In this document: positions 1 to 8,885 of the stretch, one piece after another
How positions within the stretch are numbered: the stretch's first letter is position 1
Layout: each line of letters starts with the position of its first letter
Assembly (NCBI GenBank): GCA_021824345.1
Contig: JAKAKW010000012.1
Coordinates: 1,491-65,490, forward strand
DNA length: 64,000 nt
Source of the DNA: a bacterium
Lineage (GTDB): Bacteria; Patescibacteriota; Minisyncoccia; Phycocordibacterales; UBA9973
Direction of reading: 5' to 3'
Made by a program: the position numbers and the translations under genes
The notes under the pieces: model-generated
Databases searched by the model: none
What the model saw: the letters and a program-made list of their open reading frames with translations, nothing else
Told to the model about the DNA's origin: nothing

Positions 1-3000
1 GTCAATGACCGGAGCGGCTCCGCTGAAGGTGAGGTTTCCGCCGAAGGTCGGCGACGTGTCAAACACCAGGTTCCCCGTGCCGGTGGTGCCCGTCACTGAA
101 GATTGAAGATCTGCTGCCGCTATGGCGGACACCAGATTTTTGCTTGTGTCCGTGGCCACCAAGCGGGAAGCGGTGAGGCCGGAGAGGTTCACCGTGCCGG
201 TGAGAGTGATCGCTCCGGAAGAGGAGAGCCCAGTCAATCCCGAAAGCGCCCCGGCGGAAGAGAGAACCGCGGTCGGGGTGTTGATGAAATTAGTGAATCC
301 GGTCGCCGACGCGAAGTTTATCCCGTTAATCACATTGGAATTAGTGTTCGTGGCGGCATTGAAGTTCACTCCGTTCACCGTGTTCGTGTTGTTGGCGTTC
401 GCACCGTTTGAGAGAGTGAGGCTCTCGCCGTTCACCGTCACCGCTCCCGCTCCGGCGTTGTTGTTGGTCACGGACAAAGTCTGGGCGGAGCCGGCTACGG
501 TATTGGCGTAAGTCTGAGAGAAGACCCCGGTGCCGGAAGCGATGGAAAGATTGGAATTGTTCTGCACGGTCACCGCTCCGTTCGAAGTTAGGCCCGAAGT
601 GGCGGTGATCAATCCAGAAATTGTCGGAGTGGCCGTCCAAGCGGTGCCCGATACGGTGAGGTTTCCGCCCAAGGAAGTGAGGTTCGCGCCCGATACGGTG
701 AAGGTGTTGTCCAAAGTAGCGGCTCCGTGGAGAGTGAGCGCTCCGGGAGTGGTGGCGCTTCCAATGGTGTTTGCGCTGGAGGCGCCGCTTCCAAAGGTGT
801 TCACGGTGCTTGCTCCGGTGGCCAGGGTGGCGTTACCGCTCGAGGAGAGGGTGGTGAAGGCTCCGGTGCCGGCCGAGGTCGCGCCGATCGAGGTGAAGTT
901 TCCCGCCGCCGGAGTAGTCACTCCGATGGTCGTGCCGTTGATCGTTCCGCCGGCAACGGCCACGGAAGAAGAACCGAAATTATTGGCGGTTACTAATCCT
1001 GTTCCGAATGTCACCGGCCTATTCGTCGTCGTGTTTATCCCCAAGGCGGCGCTCGCGCCCGAAGCGTCAATGACCGGAGCGGCTCCGCTGAAGGTGAGGT
1101 TTCCGCCGAAGGTCGGCGACGTGTCAAACACCAGGTTCCCCGTGCCGGTGGTGCCCGTCACTGAAGATTGAAGATCTGCTGCCGCTATGGCGGACACCAG
1201 ATTTTTGCTTGTGTCCGTGGCCACCAAGCGGGAAGCGGTGAGGCCGGAGAGGTTGAAACTGGCGCCGGAGATAGATCCTCCTGTAATAGTACCCGTGCCG
1301 GCGTTGATGGAATTGTTATTGGTGACAATACCGCTGGTCCAAGTACCGGCGATTTCAATGGCAGTAGCGCCAGTGCCGGTGTTGTTTACATAAATGCCAT
1401 TCTCGGTCGTGCCAGTGCCGGTGTTAGTGAGGGATAGCAATTTTTGCGTGCCGGAAGCGGTGTTGTTGGTAAGAATGCCGGAGTATAGACTAACATCCGT
1501 ACTAATGGAGCTATTGTCCACAGTGTATGTGGAATTGAAGGGATAGTTCACGGAAAGGTAGCGCAGATCGCCTGTTCCGGAGTTCCAGGAAAGAACCGCA
1601 TTGCCCGAGCCGGAGTTGCGCTGAAAGATGACGGACTTTGCGGTATCGCCGGTCTCAGTGCTGCCAATGGTCCAGCTATTGGCCGAAGTGCTTCCGGTGA
1701 CTACCGTTCCAGCAATATTGTTGGCGGTCAAGGTATTGAAATATCCGTTCTGCCAATAGTATCCCGGACTGCCGATGGAATTCGTATTGGTAGCAGACGA
1801 AGAAGTGGGTCGGAAGGCGCCGTTTGAATCAAAAATTACCCGCTGGTTGGTTCCCGGATTCAAGTCCAGCACATATTTGGATCCGGTGCCGGTGCCCGCG
1901 CCGGAAATGTTGATAGCCAGACCGGTATATCCGCCGCCGCCGGTGGTGTTGTCCGTCACTGTGATTACCTGCCCGTTGCTTGTCTGCCCGTTGCCGGCGT
2001 TGGCGGTGAAAGTGTCGCCGATAAGGGTGCCATTGGTAATGGCATTGTCTGTCACCGAAAAGAGAGTGCCGGTCTGCACAGTGGAGGAGATGGAAGAGGT
2101 GCCGCTGTTCTGCTCGTAGTTGGTGACGTATAGGTTCGGAATGGTAACGTTGCCCCAGCCGAAAGTAACCGGCCGGCCGGTTATTGTGTTTATAGAAAGA
2201 GTGGAACTTATATCCGTCGTGTCAATCGAGGGATTTGTCGCGGTAAAGTTAGTGGCGGCGTTATTGAAAGTGACATTGCCCGTACCGGTGGAGAAAGTGT
2301 TCGCGCCGGTGACGGCGGTATTGCCGTTCAAAGAAACATTGCCAGTACCAGTAGAGAATGCGCCGGTGCCGGTTTGAGAGAAGCTGGCATTGTTCTGCAC
2401 CGTCACCGCGCCGTTCGCGGTGAGGCCGCTGGTGGCGGTGATCAGGCCCGAAATGGTGGGAGTGGCGGTCCAAGCGGCGCCGGAGACGGTGAGGTTGCCT
2501 CCCAAAGTTGTCAGATTGTTTCCGGAGACGGTGAAAGTGTTGTCCAACGTCGTCGCTCCATGCAGAGTCAAAGCTCCCGGAGTGGTGGCGGAACCGATGG
2601 CGTTCACCGAAGATGCGCCACTGCCGAAAGTGTTGGTAGCGCCCAGGCCGGTGGCCAAAGTGGCATTACCGGAAGAAGTTAAGGTGGTGAAAGCGCCGGC
2701 GCCCGGGGTGGTGGCGCCGATCGAGGTAAAGTTTCCGGCCGCGGGAGCAGTCACTCCGATGGCGGAGTTGTCTATCGTCATTCCCGTAATAGTTCCGCCG
2801 GTGATGGCCGAAGATGACGAAGCGAAGTTGTTGGCGGTGACTAATCCGGTTCCGAATGTCACCGGTCGGTTGGTCGTCGTGTTGATGGCCAGAGTGGAGG
2901 AAGCGTTGGCGGTATCAATCACCGGATTCACCGCCGAAAAGGTAGTGTAAACATTGTTGAAAGTGACATTGCCCGTACCGGTGGAGAAAGTGTTGGAACC

Positions 3001-3948
3001 GGTGACGGCAGTGTTTCCGTTGAGCGATACGTTTCCCGTTCCGGTGGAGAAAGTGCCGGCGCCGGACTGAGAAAAATTGTTGTACAGGGTCGTCTCTCCG
3101 TACATATCAAGCGAACCGGGAGTGGCCAGCGATCCGATGATTAATTTTTTTGTTGCGTCATTCCAGGAAAGATTCGCGTTGTCCTGGGAGACCGCGCCTC
3201 CGCTGCCGATATAGAGAACCGAACTCTGCGTGAAGCCGGGCAGGGTGACCGCTCCGGAAATGTCGCTCGCGATGAGTTTGGCTGTGTACACGTTCGCGAA
3301 TCTAGAGAGCGCTGAACCGAGGTCGTAAGTGTTATCGGCGGACGGTCCGATGTTTCCTCCTGATTCCAGCTGGAAAGTATTGCTGTCGGTCGCGCCGAGC
3401 ACCAGCCGTCCGTTGATCCAGGCATTTGCGTTTTGTCCGCCGGAGATTTGGTTTTGGACATAGCTTGGAGAACCGGAGGCGACAGAGGAATTGTCATGAT
3501 ACGGACTCGGTGTGTACAGAGCCGGACGATTTTGCAGGCTGTAATAGTTGCGGACAGCCAGATCTGCGAGCGAAGAAACTCTCTTGTCTATCTGCGCCCA
3601 GGTGATGGCCTGAGGATTCGGGTTGGTGACATAGATGACGGTCGGACTGGGCGCGCGATTGGCCGGAACACTGCCGAAAGAGGGCGGATTGTTCGTGCTG
3701 GAAGAGATGGAAGGCGAAGGATTTTGTCCGAAGGTGGAAAAAAATCCGGAAGTGACTTTGATGTAACATGTGGGGTCGGAAGGTCCGCATCCTCCGCCGG
3801 AAGTGGAGACGGCTCCGGGGTCCAAAACTCCGCTGGAGAGCTCCGGAACGTAGTTTGGAACGGCCGCAAAAGCGGCGCTCGCGATGAAAAAGATGAAGGC
3901 AAAAACCCCCCAGAATATAGCCTTATTTATCAAGCATTTTTCAGGCAT
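1..3948 (-). CDS. Very large repetitive secreted surface/adhesin-like protein (5' end at 3948; the gene runs off the window start, partial)
   Basis: Manual translation of the minus strand from the ATG at 3946-3948 is open to position 1. The N-terminus MPEKCLINKAIFWGVFAFIFFIASAAFA looks like a signal peptide. The body is T/S/G/N/A-rich with repeated blocks such as NTFSTGTGNV(S/T)(L/F)NGNTAVTG, ATTPGALTLHGATTLDNTFTVSGNNLT and TISGLITATSGLT. The plus-strand ORFs in the track here are antisense shadows. Confidence 0.6.
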   Translation of the reverse strand, partial: MPEKCLINKAIFWGVFAFIFFIASAAFAAVPNYVPELSSGVLDPGAVSTSGGGCGPSDPTCYIKVTSGFFSTFGQNPSPSISSSTNNPPSFGSVPANRAPSPTVIYVTNPNPQAITWAQIDKRVSSLADLAVRNYYSLQNRPALYTPSPYHDNSSVASGSPSYVQNQISGGQNANAWINGRLVLGATDSNTFQLESGGNIGPSADNTYDLGSALSRFANVYTAKLIASDISGAVTLPGFTQSSVLYIGSGGAVSQDNANLSWNDATKKLIIGSLATPGSLDMYGETTLYNNFSQSGAGTFSTGTGNVSLNGNTAVTGSNTFSTGTGNVTFNNVYTTFSAVNPVIDTANASSTLAINTTTNRPVTFGTGLVTANNFASSSSAITGGTITGMTIDNSAIGVTAPAAGNFTSIGATTPGAGAFTTLTSSGNATLATGLGATNTFGSGASSVNAIGSATTPGALTLHGATTLDNTFTVSGNNLTTLGGNLTVSGAAWTATPTISGLITATSGLTANGAVTVQNNASFSQTGTGAFSTGTGNVSLNGNTAVTGANTFSTGTGNVTFNNAATNFTATNPSIDTTDISSTLSINTITGRPVTFGWGNVTIPNLYVTNYEQNSGTSSISSTVQTGTLFSVTDNAITNGTLIGDTFTANAGNGQTSNGQVITVTDNTTGGGGYTGLAINISGAGTGTGSKYVLDLNPGTNQRVIFDSNGAFRPTSSSATNTNSIGSPGYYWQNGYFNTLTANNIAGTVVTGSTSANSWTIGSTETGDTAKSVIFQRNSGSGNAVLSWNSGTGDLRYLSVNYPFNSTYTVDNSSISTDVSLYSGILTNNTASGTQKLLSLTNTGTGTTENGIYVNNTGTGATAIEIAGTWTSGIVTNNNSINAGTGTITGGSISGASFNLSGLTASRLVATDTSKNLVSAIAAADLQSSVTGTTGTGNLVFDTSPTFGGNLTFSGAAPVIDASGASAALGINTTTNRPVTFGTGLVTANNFGSSSVAVAGGTINGTTIGVTTPAAGNFTSIGATSAGTGAFTTLSSSGNATLATGASTVNTFGSGASSANTIGSATTPGALTLHGAATLDNTFTVSGANLTSLGGNLTVSGTAWTATPTISGLITATSGLTSNGAVTVQNNSNLSIASGTGVFSQTYANTVAGSAQTLSVTNNNAGAGAVTVNGESLTLSNGANANNTNTVNGVNFNAATNTNSNVINGINFASATGFTNFINTPTAVLSSAGALSGLTGLSSSGAITLTGTVNLSGLTASRLVATDTSKNLVSAIAAADLQSSVTGTTGTGNLVFDTSPTFGGNLTFSGAAPVID

Positions 3949-4228
3949 ATAATTCTTTTTCTGTAAGTATAATTATATCAATTTTTAGGCATAAAAAAAA
4001 GGCAAAAATGCCTGTGGATAAAGGTTTTTCGGTTATTTGACCGATCATTGTATTTTTGTTCCGGTAATTTGATTTTTGAAGTTATTTCTTGCCGTTTTTA
4101 AATGGACATTTTCTTGAATTTTTTGAAAAATATTTTTTATTTTTTAAATTTTTCCAAGATATTGAAAAATACAGGAAAATGTAGTAACATTGGCCGATGC
4201 CGGAAGCGAAGCCGGCATTGGTTTAGAA

Positions 4229-4531
4229 GCCGTTGTAGCTCAGTTGGTAGAGCACGCCCATGGTTATCGCAAATAGCCCACTGTTTTGAAAACGAAACGG
4301 TGAATCCCGAATAACGGTTAAAGCCCTGAAAAGGGTAAGACCGTGGCGAATATTTTTTAATCGCCCGAACGACTGACAAGGGGCGCTAAGTTGGAAACGA
4401 TATGCGCAAGATACAGTCTAGTCCTCTTATAAGTTCAGGCATGTTTGCAAGTGATAGTGCGCAAGCTTGCTAGGACGAAAGAGAGGTGTAAGCGAAGGGC
4501 GAGGTCATCGGTTCGATCCCGATCAACGGCT
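4229..4531 (+). tRNA. tRNA-Thr(GGU) interrupted by a ~230-nt intron in the anticodon loop (exons 4229-4264 and 4495-4531)
   Basis: 5' half GCCGTTG-TA-GCTC-AGTTGGTA-GAGC-A-CGCCC-ATGGT. 3' half AA-GGGCG-AGGTC-ATCGG-TTCGATC-CCGAT-CAACGGC-T. The acceptor, D, anticodon and T stems all pair. The architecture is close to E. coli tRNA-Thr(GGU). The 5' exon ends in U and the intron ends in G. Confidence 0.6.
4265..4494 (+). ncRNA. Putative group I intron within tRNA-Thr
   Basis: 230 nt between the tRNA halves. 5' exon ends U, intron ends G. Contains AAGACCGU (4336-4343, P4-like) and AGUCCU (4420-4425, P7-like) strings recalled from cyanobacterial tRNA-Leu group I introns, plus a GCCCU-GAAA-AGGGU tetraloop hairpin. 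Subgroup not determined. Confidence 0.5.
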
Positions 4532-4567
4532 CCAGAAGAGAAATTTTTGCAAGAAAAATAAAAACAA

Positions 4568-4638
4568 GCCGATATAGTTCAGTGGCAGAACACTGCTTTC
4601 GTAAAGCAGGAACGTGGGTTCGATTCCCGCTCTCGGCT
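4568..4638 (+). tRNA. tRNA-Thr(CGU)
   Basis: Cloverleaf: acceptor GCCGATA/TCTCGGC (one mismatch), D-arm GTTC-AGTGGCA-GAAC, anticodon arm CTGCT-TTCGTAA-AGCAG (anticodon CGT), T-arm GTGGG-TTCGATT-CCCGC. Confidence 0.7.
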
Positions 4639-4655
4639 CAGAAGTTTGCGATATA

Positions 4656-4692
4656 GAAAAAGGGGGGGGGCAAATTTGCCCCCCCCCTTTCA
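4656..4692. terminator. Perfect palindrome AAAAAGGGGGGGGGCAAA|TTTGCCCCCCCCCCTTT downstream of the tRNAs (terminator-like hairpin)
   Basis: G9 and C10 runs flanking the self-complementary CAAATTTG core. Directly 3' of tRNA-Thr(CGU) and 5' of the DinD-like gene. Confidence 0.5.
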
Positions 4693-4763
4693 AATATGCT
4701 ACAATATCAGGGTCGAAGAAGACCTCCGCGAGTCTCATTATAAATTTAATGAGAATCAATGTC

Positions 4764-5612
4764 ATGAATGATCTGACGAAAATAGTGTTGTTTCAGAGCA
4801 AGCAGGTGCGAAAAACATTTCATAACGGAGAATGGTGGTTTTCTATCCTTGATGTGATAGAAGTGCTTACTGATTCCGTCCAGCCCGAAGGGTATTTGAA
4901 GGATTTAAGGAAAAGGAACGAGGCTCTCTCGGAAGAATGGGATCGCATTGCTGTTCCTCTAAAAATGCAAACTCCTGGCGGAATGCAGATAATCAATTGC
5001 GCAAACGTGGAAGGCGTTTTTCGCATTGTCCAATCCATTCCTTCTCCGAAAGCTGAGCCATTTAAGCGCTGGCTTGCCAAAGTGGGGTATGAGCGGGTGC
5101 GGGAAATAGAGGATCCGGAGCTTGCCACCAAGCGCACTCGGATGCTTTATAAGCTGAAAGGTTATCCGGATAATTGGATAGAAAAGCGCATGCGCGGAAT
5201 TGCCATCCGAGAAGAGCTCACTGATGAATGGAAAAATCGGGGAGCGAAAGGCAAGGACGATTATGAGATACTTACCGCGGAAATTTCAAAAGCGACGTTC
5301 GGGGTTACTCCTGACCAATACAAAAAAGTGAAAGGGCTGAAACGCCAGAATCTGCGGGACCACATGGACGATTTGGAGCTGATTTTTACCATGCTCGGAG
5401 AGCGGGCCACGACGGAGATCCATCGGGATGAAGACTCGCGCGGTTTGCCCAAACTGAAAGATGACGCCAAAAGCGGGGGAGATATCGCCGGCACGGCGCG
5501 GAAAAAATTGGAGAAGCGGCTGGGCCGGTCGGTGGTTTCCAAAAAGAATTTTCTGCCTGGAAACGCAGAAATCGCGAAGAAACTGACAAATAATGGTAAA
5601 AAAGGAAAATAA
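4764..5612 (+). CDS. dinD: DNA-damage-inducible protein D (DinD)-like protein with N-terminal Bro-N domain
   Basis: Bro-N-like N-terminus (FHNGEWWFSILDVIEVLT...GGMQIINCANVEGVFRIVQS...FKRWLAKVGYERVR). The C-terminal half resembles E. coli DinD. The track ORF starts at 4614 and overlaps the tRNA; the start was trimmed to the ATG at 4764 (alternative 4749). Confidence 0.7.
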   Translation: MNDLTKIVLFQSKQVRKTFHNGEWWFSILDVIEVLTDSVQPEGYLKDLRKRNEALSEEWDRIAVPLKMQTPGGMQIINCANVEGVFRIVQSIPSPKAEPFKRWLAKVGYERVREIEDPELATKRTRMLYKLKGYPDNWIEKRMRGIAIREELTDEWKNRGAKGKDDYEILTAEISKATFGVTPDQYKKVKGLKRQNLRDHMDDLELIFTMLGERATTEIHRDEDSRGLPKLKDDAKSGGDIAGTARKKLEKRLGRSVVSKKNFLPGNAEIAKKLTNNGKKGK

Positions 5613-5629
5613 AATTTGATAATGAGCGT

Positions 5630-6634
5630 TCAAATATAAAACTGCGCCAGTTCTTTTGCAATTCGCTCATGCAACAGCTCTTTTTCGATCATCCAATTGT
5701 CATTGAACGCGTGTGATAGGTAGCTTTCCCCGCTATCTCCGATTATTAGTATGATTTTTTTGATATTTTTAGAGATTTTTTTTTCTTTGACAAATTTCAT
5801 TGCGTAGTAAAGTACCATTCCGCTAGAGTCTCCCGCCAATATTCCTTTGTTCTGTGCGAAAAAGCGCATAGTGTTGAAAGCTTCCTTGTCCGAAACATAA
5901 TCATGGCTGTCAAAAATGGAAGTGTCTATGTTTTTTGGAAGGATCGCTCCGGCCGGGTACCCCGGCCCGGAAATGAAATAACCGTGGCCATGTGGAGAAA
6001 AATGGCTCGATCCCTTCGGCTCCAGAGCGATTATTTTTATTCCCGGATTGCGCTCTTTCAGATAACGGCCGGAACCGCACAGGGAACTGCCGGTCCCGAT
6101 CGTTCCGATCAAGCAGTCCGCGTCCGGAACTTCTTCGAGGATTTCTTTTCCCAAGGTATTGTAAAACCCTTTTGGATTTTCCGGGTTGTCATACTGATCC
6201 AGATTCACTCCGCCCGCATCTTCCGCCAGTTTCTTTGCGGTTGCCCGGCGAATATCCACCAGGTGTCCGCGCTTTTTGTCTTCTTCATCCGTGCAGAAAT
6301 GTAATTTCCCTCCATAGGCCAGGATGGAGTTGAGCTTATCCGCCGGAGCATGCTTGTCTACGACCGCGGTGAACTTGTATCCGCGGGCGGCCGAGAGCAT
6401 TGCCAGGGCTTTGGCGGTATTGCCGGATGAAGATTCAAAAATTTCCATGCCTTTTCGGAGTTTGCCGGATTTTTCCGCTGTATTTATCAAGGCGAGGGCG
6501 GTTCTGTCCTTGAAGCTTCCGGCCGGGTTAAAGAACTCAAGTTTTAAAAATATTTTGTAGTCGGGTCTGGCTGTCGCCATTTCCATCATCGGGGTCTTGC
6601 CGATAAGGTTGTCGATGCTTTTCTTTATGTTCAT
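5630..6634 (-). CDS. cysK: Cysteine synthase / O-acetylserine sulfhydrylase (PLP-dependent)
   Basis: FFNPAGSFKDR PLP-lysine motif and GTGGT-like glycine loop (GTIGTGSS). 334 aa. Confidence 0.85.
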   Translation of the reverse strand: MNIKKSIDNLIGKTPMMEMATARPDYKIFLKLEFFNPAGSFKDRTALALINTAEKSGKLRKGMEIFESSSGNTAKALAMLSAARGYKFTAVVDKHAPADKLNSILAYGGKLHFCTDEEDKKRGHLVDIRRATAKKLAEDAGGVNLDQYDNPENPKGFYNTLGKEILEEVPDADCLIGTIGTGSSLCGSGRYLKERNPGIKIIALEPKGSSHFSPHGHGYFISGPGYPAGAILPKNIDTSIFDSHDYVSDKEAFNTMRFFAQNKGILAGDSSGMVLYYAMKFVKEKKISKNIKKIILIIGDSGESYLSHAFNDNWMIEKELLHERIAKELAQFYI

Positions 6635-6713
6635 GGTTGTAATTATGATAACGTTTTAATTTTTTCCGGAAAAAAATTAAAACCCCTCGGCGATGTTGCT
6701 AAGGGGTAAAAAG

Positions 6714-6911
6714 CTATTCGTGTCGTTGTGAATGCGACGCTCTTTCCTTCCGCTCCATTTGCAGCAAATGCTGCAGTTTTTCGGAGGCGCGGAGAGTTTT
6801 TTCCACCGCCGTCGATTCCGCGGTGGAGTTTTCAAAAAGATCCTTTATTTCTTTGATCTTTTTGAAAACATAGTCCTGTTCCTCAGGACTAAAATTTAAT
6901 TTTCCGTCCAT
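6714..6911 (-). CDS. Small hypothetical protein (65 aa)
   Basis: ORF only; charged, helical-looking. No recognisable motif. Confidence 0.3.
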   Translation of the reverse strand: MDGKLNFSPEEQDYVFKKIKEIKDLFENSTAESTAVEKTLRASEKLQHLLQMERKERASHSQRHE

Positions 6912-7061
6912 TTTTCCTCCAATTTAAATTTTAAAAATTTATTAAATCTACTTTTTCTAATTGTAGGGAAGGGATGGGCACAAGTTAAATTTTTAAACAT
7001 TCAGCCAATGTTTTGCACTTTTTGTTAAATTTGTTAAAATAGTACTAATAGCTAAAAAAGC

Positions 7062-7733
7062 TTGCAAAATATGATTAAAATCCAGCCAATCGTGCGCGAA
7101 ATAGTGCTTTCAGAGCTTGAGGCATACTCGGCCCTTTCCGAAGGCTATATGAACATGTCGAGCTACGCCTATCGTATTAGGCCGAAAGTGGAAGCCCGGG
7201 CGAAGAAGAAAGTTACCGTAACCAGCTTGGTGGTCTCGCTTTCCCGCTTGAGAAAAGAGTTCAGAAAAACAAAACCGCTTTTGCACGACGTCCCGATAAA
7301 AAATATCACCACCAAACTACCCATCACCGAGATGGTGTACAAGAACAGCGAAAAGGCGGCGGAAAAACTGGAATCTCTGCACAAAAATATTTCCGTATCG
7401 CCTGAGGATTTTTTCACCGTAACCATGGGGCCGGGGGAGATCGACATCATCTGCTCTTCCAGCTTGGAAGCGAAAATCTTGAAGCATTTCAAAGAAAAGC
7501 CGAAGATCATAAACCGGCACTTGGCGGCCATCGGCATTTCCTACGGACCGGAAGTGTTTGATACTCCGAATGTTTTTTTCTCTCTCCTCTCCGTCACTGC
7601 CCGGGCGCAGGTAAATATTGAAGAGCTTGTTTCCACACCCACGGAGCTCACTTTCATCGTGGCGGAAAAAGATTTCGGCCGGACAGTTGCGCTGTTTTCA
7701 GAAATGCGAAAGGAAGATTTATCAGAAAAGTGA
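7062..7733 (+). CDS. Hypothetical protein
   Basis: 223-aa ORF upstream of prfB. No motif recognised. Possible promoter TTGCAC-16-TAAAAT at about 7013-7045. Confidence 0.5.
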   Translation: MQNMIKIQPIVREIVLSELEAYSALSEGYMNMSSYAYRIRPKVEARAKKKVTVTSLVVSLSRLRKEFRKTKPLLHDVPIKNITTKLPITEMVYKNSEKAAEKLESLHKNISVSPEDFFTVTMGPGEIDIICSSSLEAKILKHFKEKPKIINRHLAAIGISYGPEVFDTPNVFFSLLSVTARAQVNIEELVSTPTELTFIVAEKDFGRTVALFSEMRKEDLSEK

Positions 7734-7875
7734 CGGATCGCGCATGCCGAAGAATATTTCCTGAAAAAAGCCTTGGCAGGCGCGACGGCGCCGGACAGAG
7801 AAAATTTTCAGCGGAAAATTATGCGTGCTTTTCGAGAAGACCGACTTGTCCTCCGGCATGCTATACTCTCAGCAT

Positions 7876-8760
7876 ATGGACGACAAAAACGCCATTGAAC
7901 AAAAAATCAAGGACCTGGAAGCGCGGATGAACGCGCCCGATTTTTGGAGCGACAAGCAGAGGGCGCAGGAGGCGATCAGGGAGCTCTCCGAGCTCAAGGC
8001 CAAGAAAGAAGGCGCGGGCAAATACGACAAAGGAAGCGCCATCGTTACCATAATCTCCGGCGCGGGAGGCGACGACGCGGAAGATTTTTCCCGCATGCTT
8101 CTTGAAATGTACATGAAATACGCGGACAAGCGCGGATGGGGAATTTCTTTCATTCATCAGAACGAAAACGACTACGGCGGATATCGGAACGTGTCTTTTG
8201 AAATATCCGGCAAGGGCGCTTACGGCGACTTGAAGCATGAAAACGGAGTGCACCGGCTGGTGCGCATTTCTCCCTTCAACGCAAAAAAGCTCCGGCACAC
8301 CTCTTTTTCCCTGGTGGAAGTACTGCCTAAGTTTTCCAAGCTGGAAGAGCGCGATATTGTCATTCCCGAAAGCGACCTGAAAATTGAATATTCCCGCGCG
8401 GGAGGGCCGGGAGGGCAAAATGTGAACAAGCGGGAAACGGCGGTGCGCATAGTGCATATTCCCACCAATATTTCAGTGCACTCGGCGGAGGAGAGGAGCC
8501 AGGAGGCCAATCGGGAAAAGGCCATGAACATTCTGCGGGCCAAAATATTCAAAAAAGCGGAAGAGGAGAAAAAAAGCGTGGAAGAATCCATGCGTACGGC
8601 CAGAAACGCCGATATAGAATGGGGAAACCAGATCCGCTCGTATGTTTTACATCCTTATAAAATGGTCAAAGACCATCGCACCGGAGCGGAAACGGCGGAA
8701 GCGGAAGGGGTGCTTGCGGGGAATCTGGATCTCTTCATTGAAGCGGAAAAAAGTCTTTAG
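7876..8760 (+). CDS. prfB: Peptide chain release factor 2
   Basis: GGQ motif (AGGPGGQNVNK). SPF tripeptide (RISPFN) specific to RF2. N-terminus MDDKNAIEQKIKDLEARMNAPDFW. Single continuous frame with no programmed +1 frameshift site. The track's GTG start at 7825 is a possible alternative. Confidence 0.85.
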   Translation: MDDKNAIEQKIKDLEARMNAPDFWSDKQRAQEAIRELSELKAKKEGAGKYDKGSAIVTIISGAGGDDAEDFSRMLLEMYMKYADKRGWGISFIHQNENDYGGYRNVSFEISGKGAYGDLKHENGVHRLVRISPFNAKKLRHTSFSLVEVLPKFSKLEERDIVIPESDLKIEYSRAGGPGGQNVNKRETAVRIVHIPTNISVHSAEERSQEANREKAMNILRAKIFKKAEEEKKSVEESMRTARNADIEWGNQIRSYVLHPYKMVKDHRTGAETAEAEGVLAGNLDLFIEAEKSL

Positions 8761-8806
8761 GCCGCCGGTGGCAGGAGCGGGAAAAGCAGAAAAAGCGGGC
8801 GGGCAA

Positions 8807-8827
8807 GTGGGTGGCAAGGCCTCCCGC
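8807..8827. repeat. Family-B palindromic element (variant GTGGGTGGCAAGGCCTCCCGC) + T-run; terminator of prfB
   Basis: Near-palindrome followed by TTTTTCTGCTG. Related to the copies at 12284-12304 and 60331-60376. Confidence 0.5.
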
Positions 8828-8885
8828 TTTTTCTGCTGACATTGTTGCGAAAAACCAACTGTGATAAAATGGGAGGGTGATTTAC

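Noticed and set aside
103-2950. Plus-strand ORFs (122-511, 530-1171, 1775-2119, 2120-2377, 2390-2950 and so on) across the first 3 kb
   Set aside because: The minus-strand frame from the ATG at 3948 is open across the whole region and encodes a coherent signal-peptide repeat protein. The plus-strand ORFs are antisense shadows of its repetitive, GC-biased codons.
4102-4379. ORFs 4102-4314(+) and 4137-4379(-)
   Set aside because: They lie within the tRNA-Thr exon and intron region and an AT-rich promoter-like leader. No coding features.
4614-4763. Track's upstream extension of the DinD-like ORF (start 4614)
   Set aside because: It overlaps tRNA-Thr(CGU) and the G9/C10 palindrome. The conserved Bro-N sequence begins near the ATG at 4764.
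7825-7875. GTG start at 7825 for prfB and search for a +1 frameshift site
   Set aside because: The RF2-like N-terminus begins at the ATG at 7876. The reading frame is continuous, so no recoding is needed.
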